DNA of 64,000 nucleotides, from NCBI GenBank assembly GCA_907165135.1, contig OU015567.1:2604001-2668000 (forward strand). Reading direction: 5' to 3'. A model generated the notes under the pieces. That model made no database searches and was not told the origin of the DNA. It saw only the letters and a program-made list of their open reading frames with translations. The stretch is from Oikopleura dioica (Eukaryota > Animalia > Chordata). The translations under genes were made by a program, and so were the position numbers. Shown in pieces: positions 55,330 through 64,000 of the stretch (position 1 is the first letter of the stretch; each line of letters opens with the position of its first letter).

Positions 55330-56050
55330 ATGGCTTCGAAAAGAACAAAAAAGCTTTTGCGACTACAACTACGACAACAATTACATCTACGACAACAACT
55401 ACATCTACGACAACAACTACAACTACAACTACAACTACAACTACAACTACAATTACAACTACAAATACAACTACAACTACAACTACAACTACAACTACAA
55501 CTACAACTACAACTACAACTACAACTACAACTACAACTACAACTACCCTTCCACCGATCCCAGAGTATGAGTTTCTAGCTTAATATTTTCTCAAAAATTT
55601 TCATAGGTTTAAATGTGAGGATTCAGCGTCACTGATGTCCTGGGATAATTGCGTCGATTTTTGCAAATCCCACCAAGACAAACCACTCCAAATCGCGTCG
55701 GTTCAGGAAGCAGAACTCATAAAGCAAGTAATCATCGAAGAATGTCCAGACAAAAAAGTGTGGATGGGATACAAAACAGAAGAGAAAATTCACTACTGGC
55801 TAAATAAGAATCTCAAGTTCAAAACTCCAGTTCCTCAAGGTCATATTGACGGAACAAAATCAATTGGCTGCAAATATTTTGACCACAAGGACAAAAATGC
55901 AGTTCCATACCTCCTTATTTCAAAGAAGGGAAGCGTCGAGTGCAAAGTTCACAGTAAGAGTCGCCTTGTTATTTTCTCTTTTTAATTTTTTTAAAAGCGA
56001 TACGATCACGAGCACAACTGCGTTTGTATGAGACACATGACACTTTGAGA
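55330..56050 (+). pseudogene. Probably disrupted single-CTLD lectin, paralog of 56406..57284
   Basis: ATG MASKRTKKLL matches the paralog start MEERTKKIVL, but the anchor segment is missing and the poly-Thr repeat and CTLD exons (FKCED...WDNCVDFC...WMGYK) lie in another frame. Confidence 0.6.
55362..55546 (+). repeat. (ACTACA)n hexamer microsatellite encoding poly-Thr in the lectin frame
   Basis: Near-perfect tandem ACTACA array of about 185 bp with a few variant units at the 5' end. Confidence 0.95.
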
Positions 56051-56405
56051 ACGACGAATTCAGAAATTTATCGCGCTTCCTTCATTATGTTCTTATTTGA
56101 AAACTGCCTTTTTGTCGGAAAATAAAAATATCAAGGTGCAGAACTCAAAGTCTTCGAGAACCGTTTTAACTATGGCAACCATGTCAAATAATTCTAACTC
56201 GAACTAGCATAAAAAAATCAAACATGAACGGAGACAAATTCATTATAAGCTGTTAGATAGAGTCAGTATTATTCAACCGATAAGATTAATCTCGCAGGTG
56301 TTGACTGCGCATAAACATATTTGCATGGCGAATTAAAGGTAGAAGTTTGATTTCGGTAATCGCACTAGTAGAGGAGACTTTCCCGAGGAAGGTAGAAGGT
56401 CAAAG

Positions 56406-57284
56406 ATGGAAGAGCGAACGAAGAAGATAGTTTTACTCGTTCTGAGCATTACCTGTCTCTTATCCGTCACATTCGCTTTTACTGGCCCAGCAATCGTTGG
56501 AAAGATAGATGGAGGGTCAAAATCGAATACAACGACAACGACCGCATCCCAAACTTCTACAACGACAAAGGCAGCACCAAGTACATCGACAACAACAACG
56601 AGTACAACTTCAACATCATTAATACCAATTCCAGAGTAAGATCAAAAATTTAGGAAAACAATAATTATTCTAGATTCGAATGCGGGAACGAAACTTCCGT
56701 CATGGGCTGGGACGAATGCGTTGATTACTGCAACTCTTATGGAGACAAACCGCTCCAGTTAGAATCAGAAGAACAAGCGCAGAAAATTCTTCAGTTTATA
56801 CGACTAACTTGTCCTGGAGACAAACTCTGGATGGGATACAAATCAAAAAGCAGTATTAATATCACATAAATAATATTTTTTGTTTGTTATCATTTATATT
56901 TAAGCACTGATCGAAAACAATAAAAGAAAAGGTCGATGGAATTTGGCAAGAGGAGATGTTTATCAAACTGACCACTACTGGATTGATGAAGGTCTTCAAT
57001 TATCATCTCCAGTGCTCGAAAGTCACAGAAATGCTTTCGATTCAGTTGGTTGCGAATATTTCGATAAATATATATACATATATATACATATATATAAATA
57101 TATATACATATTCCGTACTTCAAGTTGAGCAACCCTGAAATTCCTGATCTTAATCGATCGTCGGAGAAAATCGAGTGCAAAGTTCACGGTAACTCATTTT
57201 TCGACTTACTTGCTCATTAAGTTTTTCTTAGACCTGGATGATCACGAGCACAACTGTTTGTGTATGCAACACATTCACATCTAA
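56406..57284 (+). CDS. Type II membrane single-CTLD lectin-like protein
   Basis: Anchor, Thr stalk, and exons FECGNE...GWDECVDYC...LWMGYK, HYW...VGCEYF and ECKVH|D...HNCLCM. The frame is broken by an AT microsatellite at ~57066..57110 unless it is spliced out. Confidence 0.7.
57066..57110 (+). repeat. AT-rich 10-bp-period microsatellite inside a lectin exon
   Basis: AAATATATAT ACATATATAT ACATATATAT AAATATATAT ACAT. Confidence 0.85.
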
Positions 57285-57559
57285 TTTCATTTTCTTTTAT
57301 TAAATATTTTTCTTCTATTTTGACTGTTTTACTAAAATTCCAACTGTCTTATTTCAAATAAGCTACTGTGTTTGTCAAATGATGACAAAAACAAGAAATT
57401 ATGCATGCATGACTTCAGTATAATATATTGCCATCAGAATAAAAATGAAACAGGAAACAAGTTACAAGAAAAATAAAGAAAAGAAGATAAAAGAAGAATT
57501 CAGAAAAGAGGAGAAATGTACATGTGTCTCGATTTGACAGGCTTCTCCGGGTTTTTCAT

Positions 57560-58030
57560 CATCATCATTTTCATTTGTCGAACAAACTCTTCGAATTCCT
57601 TCTGAGAAATCTTTACAGATTAAAAATAATTCTAACTATCAAACCTGTCTCTCGAGCTGCGCGTCATCAGACTTGTCTTTTTTCTCGACCACTTGTCTTC
57701 TCGGTGGGCTGCGGAAGAAAAATGCCTGGCTACTGACAAACAGAGAAAACACTAAAGATTTTTATTTAATAAATTTTGTCAAGATTTCCTTACCTCCTAT
57801 GAAATTCATGATAGATTTCAAACTCGTGCTCTCGTTCCTTGTGAACCGGGATTTTATATGATGAAGCTGAAGAAACAACTTATGGGATGGGCACTACAGA
57901 GCAGTTCATTCTGGCCGGTATGTTATAAGGGCAAAATTGGGTCGAATTGCGTCATTGAAAATATGTTTTTCGCAGAAATTACAGATAATCCGGCTATCTT
58001 TGACAGAAAGATTAATTTTATTGAAGACAT
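57560..58030 (-). CDS. Possible small multi-exon gene of unknown function
   Basis: GT-AG pairs with matching phase link short open exons (...HEFEIYHEFHRSSQAFFFRSPPRRQ...). Start unresolved and no homology recognised. Confidence 0.3.
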
Positions 58031-58389
58031 TATGAATTAAAAAATGATCGTAGAAGACATATTATAAAAGCCCTTATTTCAAAGCCAGTTGATTTGCCAA
58101 ATCAATTTACTGTTCTAAGAAAATGAAACAGATTTTGGGTGCGGTGCATCCGGGTGCGGAGCTTAATATTTTTTAATGCTTCGCAACCGCCCGCGGCCAT
58201 CATTTTTTGGTGGTGGAGGCGGCTGGTCCGAATCTGGCGGGACCTATTTTTTTCTCGAATTCTAAAGTTGATCAAGTACTAGAACAAGCTGAACTTTTTC
58301 ATTTTTAAAAATGAAATTTGCAAAGTCTTTTTCTTAGTCCAAAAATTAATTTTTGAGAAACAAATCTTCGAAATCTGCAAATCCGAAAA

Positions 58390-61228
58390 ATGGCACGCGT
58401 GACGAGAAAGAACGTTTTGAATTTCATCCTCGGGATCAGCATCGGCTTAATCGTTTCGAAAGCGCTGTTGCATGGAAGGTAAGGATTTTAGACGACCTTA
58501 GAGGAACTCAGGGGCGAGTAAAGGGGTCGAGACATTGCGGCAGCACCTGCTTAGGTTGATGATAGATTATTTTTGAATTACACGTTTAACCTTTTTGCTA
58601 CGCGCGAAAAAAGTTTGATTAACAAGAAAATTACATGATTTCATTCAGATCTTTCTCAGTCGAGAATTTTTTTTTATTAAAATTCTTACTTGGTCGATTC
58701 TTTTTCTAACTTGATTTAAAGCCTTCTATCAAATCCTTCCCACAAATCCCGGCCCAAGCCTGTCCAGCACAAACACGAAGAATTCTTCATCAAGCAGCCT
58801 GAGACTCAAGTCAGCACGACCGCAACTACAGCCACAACCACTACAGACGAGAAAGAGCCCGTGATCGACATCGACCCCTTGAAGCCCATTTCCGGCCCGA
58901 AAAAAGAATGCCCATATGAAACGGACGATTTGGAAGGAGACAATCATCGACCAGCAGCGTTTTTGCCAACTTGGCGGGATATTCACGCACTTTCGAAATC
59001 ATTGGACATTGTTGATGGCTGCCACGAGCCGAGCGATTGTATTCCAGTAGAGAAAGTGGCGATTATTATTCCTTACAAAGACCGGGAAGATCATTTGCTC
59101 AAGTGGCTCTGGCACATGCATCAGATGCTGGTGAGACAAAGGAACTGGTTTTCAATATGAAAGTTATTTTTCTAATTACTGAAGAGTGCGTTTTTTATTC
59201 TTGTTGATTTATTTACAGTAAAACAGGGCCGCGTCAAAACGGAGGATAATCCCATTTCCTCCATTCTTCTACCCTGTCGCCATGTTAAAAACCTGTCAAA
59301 GGCGATCGTACTGCGTGTTCGTGTCAGAACCGATGGGTTCAGGACACTTTAACAAAGGATCGACGATGAATGCAGCTGCCAAGGAAGCTATCAACAGGGG
59401 TTTTGATTGCATCATTCTTCATGATGTAGATATGCTGCTGGAAGATGATCGGAATATCTACCAATGCCAGGATGGCCCTGTTCATTTGTCGCCGTTCATT
59501 GACAAATTTCACTACAAAGATCACTATGGAACGGAGTTTGGGGGAGTGACGATGTTGAAAAAGGAGCATTACTTAGCTGCCAATGGATATTCCAACCTGT
59601 TTTGGGGCTGGGGAAAAGAAGATGACGACATGGTTTATCGAGTCAAAGCTGCAGGCCTGACAATCCGAAAGCCAGTTAACTACGATTCTGGAAGATATTC
59701 CATGATTCCACATCAACATCCCTGGGCGTTTAGAAATAATCGGATCACTGACAAAAACTCGGATCTTCGATTTTTGAGTCTTCAAAGCATTGGGCTTGTG
59801 AAAAAAAGATCGAAGTTCGAGGGCATTTCGTCGATCGAATACAAAGTCGAGAAGGAGGAAAAAGAGCCGAGTCATATCAAACTTTTTGTTGATTTCCGAC
59901 CATTGGATGTGAAGAAGATTGATATAAGTTTGACTTCAGGAAAAGATCAAATAACATTTTGGTAGATCAAAGTACGAGAACTCATGTTGATCTTGAGAAA
60001 GGCCCCCCTCTACTGAAAATCGATACGTACAACAAGAAAGATATGAAATATATCGAGTTGAAAGACACCTATATTTGCAAGGATTTCGGATTTTCAAGTG
60101 TCATGAAATGGCTCTCAAACTGGAAAGCTAGCAAGAAATCTGCTTTGGATAAGGTGGAGACCATAAATTTATAGTATCAAGTTTCAATATGAATTTTTCT
60201 ACTCATGTTGAAGCGAACTAATATAACAAAACGTGTTTAGACGTAAGCATCCGAAATCCAATGAATAACTCACACTAAAGAATTAAATTGCAATTGCACG
60301 ATTTCGTTAAATTTTCAAATCAAATGATTAGAAATTAAATGATATCCTCAGTGCACTCAATTCTCCGACTACTGTATCGCGATTGTTCATCCTAACTCTC
60401 CCGATGCCTCCACCGGCTTCAATCTTCGGGAAGTTTCCCAGCTCATTTCCGCAGCAACTGCTACTAGATCCGATGGATGCCCATGCGAAAAGGGAGGATG
60501 TCCTCCTGAAGGATCGGCTCTACCTTTATATTCAACTTTTGCATTTTTCGATCTTTACGGGCATATTTTGAGCCTTGAGAAAAGTGACACCTGAAGATCA
60601 TCCTGTTGTTTATCATCACCAAGAGCTTGGATCACAAATGCGGCTGCACGTGATTGAAGATCCTTTGAAAATGAAGGAAAAAGCGAGCTTCAAAATCGAC
60701 CTCGGTAATTCCCTTTTCTCTAAAAAGCTTCATAGTTTTCGATTAAGGCTTTCACTGGATAAATGGAGGTGACAAGGGAGTCTACTACCGGCATGCTCTT
60801 GTTTGGGAAGGACAAGCCGTAGATGAAGTCTTGCAGATAGAGTTGATGGCACCTGGTACTAAATTGGACGCAAGAGAAGGAACAGAATTTCAAGTTGATA
60901 TTCCGACGCCGGCACCGGGCTGGTACACTGTCTTGACAAAGGTAATTCTTTGGAAAAAAATTTATAAAATAAAAAATTACAGATCACGGATGTAATCGGG
61001 CAGCCGATGTTTGAGCTCCGCTGGGCGTTCCGAGTCACCACCCAAAATCAAGCTGAAGATAATCGCATCCTTGCGACGGCGTCTGCAGCTCAACTCTTCA
61101 AGGGAACACCATGGGCTAATGCCATTCCGTATGCTCCCCTTATTTTTATTCTCTTCAACATTTTCAGATTCCAAACGTTCAAAACAAACCTGGAGAAATA
61201 TTTTGACAAATCTGCCCAGACAAATTAG
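58390..61228 (+). CDS. GT7 beta-1,4-galactosyltransferase-like protein, probably with an extra C-terminal region
   Basis: Anchor, KVAIIIPYKDR, FNKG, HDVD, FGG and WGWGKEDDD. The catalytic part runs to about 59900. Further in-frame spliceable exons at 59966..~60153 and ~60351..61228 may belong to the same gene or a separate one. Confidence 0.75.
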
Positions 61229-62701
61229 AAGATTTTAAATAACTAGCAAAACTGCCAAAAATGGAAGAGGAGTATTATATATAATTGTATTTACTACCAC
61301 TAAAATCAGCATCTGCCAACAAAACGAAAATAAACTTATATATGCAGTACATTCTTTTTTGTCAAAAATCTTCTTTTTCTTCCAAAATCAGTCGTCTCTT
61401 CCGCTCACTAGAATTATTTCAGCTTTGAAAATTGATATTCCATGATTTTTCGACTAAGATTACTTTTGTGAGACCCTTAGTTCAAATCTCCCCTTTGCTT
61501 ACCCGAGGATAAGGCAGACCGAACCAATGGAAAACGTCAAAAATCCAATAAAAACCAAACTGATACTCATGTAAAACGAGACATCTTTGAAAACATCTTT
61601 ATGCCTTCTCGAAATGAGGAGGCAAAAAAGAGCAGCGATGATTATAACCGCGGCGCAAATGATTGTGCTTCGCCTGGTTTAGTGCTTCTGTTAAGTAAAC
61701 AGCGCGTTTATAATAAAAATTCACTCAACCAATTTTGTGAAACCACCAAGCAGATTCCAGGCCGCAACCACGGCGATCTGAACGCAAAATTTCAAGCTCC
61801 ATTATTGCATCTCGAGTTATCACTACTCCCAGCAGACTTGGAAGTGAATTATTAGCTTCCTGTTTCAGGAATCCGGTACGTCTACAGTGCGCAATCGAAA
61901 TATACAGTCCGATAAAACATCTACTCACATGAGCTCTTTTTTCGGTTTATTTCTTCTGGCAACTGCGAGTGCGCCCTAGAAATTAAGATCAAAATGCTCA
62001 GTTTGGAAAATAAATTTTACAAAACTGAAGCGATGCTGATTTTCCGGGAACTTTTTAAGGGTTGAAAACGCTTCATTGATATCAAACCTAAATTTTTCTT
62101 TCAAAACAACCCCTGAAATCTGGCATTAGAATAAAGCAACGCAGATATTGTCGGATGCTTTGGCGCATCACAGCTTCCTCGCTATACAAGGGATTTTATT
62201 TCTTTTTCGGATGAAAAATTACTCCGAGAGATCCCTTTCTTTTGGTCATAAATAGAATTGACGGACCCTTGCCGTGATCTTTGAACGGACCAAATTATCT
62301 CTGGGAGTAAAATTTGCATTTCGAAAAGTCTTTTCGAAGAAGAAAAATCTTTTGAAAACAGTCTTTTTATACAACATGTCTTTTTCTATTTTTCATAATG
62401 TCATTTCGAATTAGAAAAATCCTCCGTGATTACTTAATTGCCCCATTTTCGAGAAAACAAACGCAAAAGCCACTTATCGAAAAATCCTCTTTTCTAAAAG
62501 CCGCCTCAGCGCTTAGCCGAACGCAGCAGAAAACCTTAAATTCGTCACACTGAAATTTCCTAATGTATCGCACTAATGAAAACAACGCGCCACGGAAACT
62601 AAATTGTGCCACCACCCGGTGCAAAAACATCATTTTTCTCAACCCCACCTAGTCAACAAATAAAATAGGGTTTTAAAAAAGAAGGAAAAAAAGATAGAGC
62701 A

Positions 62702-64000
62702 ATGCAAATTTTATGGGCTGTTATAACGCTGATAAATGCTATAGGAAAGGGATGAATAAATCTATTTACTGCTAGAATTGACAGTTAAATTCTCTATATT
62801 TTATCCCTTTTCAGAAGTAGAAATCGACGATACAGGGCAAAAAAAGATCGACAAGAAAGTCGAAAAAATCGTTGAAAAAATCAACGAAGAGCAAAATTAC
62901 AATTTTCAAAGTTTTGTTAATGAAACATATGAAAATGCCCCATCAGATGAAGAACTCAGAACACTAGAAGGACTAGAAGAATTGGAAGAGAAATTTAAAT
63001 CGTGGAAAAAGGAGAGAAATGCGGAAGCGAGAAAAGACAGAGATGTGGGAAATTTTATCGAGAAGGAAAAGCAAAGATTTGATGAAGATGATGATGAAGG
63101 TAAGGACCATGAAGTACGGCTTTGTCAATTTTTTCTACTTCAGTTTTTAGAACAGTCGAATTCATTCACAAATGTGAATAAATGTCATAATTATGACTAA
63201 GTCTGGGGATCACTACAGATATTTCGAAAACTTTTAAGTGTATTTCAAATACTACTGAAAAAATAGAATCCGGTTCAACCTTTAGGTCTCAGATTTATGG
63301 TTTTTATAGATAAATTATCTAAGATAATATTCGTTTTTTAAGGTCTATGTTATACGGTATAACTTATACCGTAAAAAAAGTGCTCTTATCTAAAATTTAT
63401 CGTTTTCAAGAAGCTTAACGCCGGAACGCATATCGACCCATTTTTGGGCAAGGCGCTGAAATATGCCTTCAGAAATCATCATTTTCTCGTGCTAAAACAA
63501 CAGATGAGAGATATCGTATGTATCTATTTTTGAAGTTTATTGTCTGAAGATCATACTTATGAAAAAATTTGGGCTGATATAAGCAAGAAAACGGGTCTAC
63601 GGCCTCTTACCCAAAAATTGATCAATATCATATCGACGATATGCGTTCCGGGAAAAAACTATTTCATGCGTTCCATCGTTAATAAGAAATTATTTTCAAT
63701 GAATTCAACCCATTTTTAAGACCTCGGCTGCACAGTCCTCCCACCAAATTGCAACGACCGTAAATTTCGCTTCCGCGGATGCACAAATGAAGACCCATAC
63801 AAATGGAAAAATGGAGATAAGTGTCGATTTATTTCGTCTCAGGATGAAAGGTGGCGTTGGCGATCAGTACAGTGCAAGTGCAGGCGAACACGTGACGAGC
63901 GAAATTGCGGATTAGAGACGGCTTATAAATATGTGCCAAAAGAATCGCTAATTTTCAGGAACAATTTTGTCAACTCTATTTGTCTCTCTCTTGAGAATTC
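62702..64000 (+). CDS. Secreted protein with an acidic coiled region and a Cys-rich domain (runs off the window)
   Basis: Signal-like MQILWAVITLINAIG, GA-AG intron to 62814, acidic exon to ~63099, and an exon from 63721 reading DLGCTVLPPNCNDRKFRFRGC...CRF...CKC. Confidence 0.55.
63419..63678. mobile_element. piggyBac-like MITE (260 bp) in an intron
   Basis: TTAA at 63415..63418 and 63679..63682. TIR CGCCGGAACGCAT versus CGATGGAACGCAT, plus an internal subterminal copy (ATATGCGTTCCGG) near 63640. Confidence 0.65.

Noticed and set aside
55291-55578. (QL)n and (YN)n ORFs in the ORF track
   Set aside because: They are alternative readings of the (ACTACA)n microsatellite; the paralog shows that the Thr frame is the homologous one.
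61500-62000. Possible small minus-strand membrane protein gene
   Set aside because: A plausible exon chain exists, but the start is undefined and there is no supporting homology.

Overview
Eukaryotic, gene-dense, AT-rich DNA with very short introns (many about 37-50 nt), short intergenic gaps and several inferred non-canonical GA-AG/GG-AG introns. This profile points to the larvacean tunicate Oikopleura dioica (inference, not proven). About 25 protein-coding loci are visible. They include a three-copy C-type lectin cluster, GDPGP1, a sulfatase, Shox, two GT7 galactosyltransferases, a MET/RON-like receptor tyrosine kinase with an unfamiliar ectodomain, a NIDO/galaxin-like secreted protein, a USP, an SDR, G3BP, a ZBBX-like gene, a MAP4K4/misshapen kinase, PINK1 and a second small lectin pair. 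Six non-autonomous DNA elements have both TIRs and TSDs: two Kolobok-like TTAA elements, a 1.08-kb foldback with a 9-bp TSD, two hAT-like elements with 8-bp TSDs and a piggyBac-like MITE. The most notable observations are: (1) a TTAA element inserted into a 3' splice site, duplicating the acceptor; (2) lectin paralogs whose stops or frameshifts could be rescued by intronising former exon sequence; (3) a complete antisense gene nested in a 1-kb intron; (4) a terminal MAP4K exon reachable only through a non-canonical junction. No tRNA, rRNA or CRISPR array was seen. All gene models were read by eye, so exon limits are approximate.
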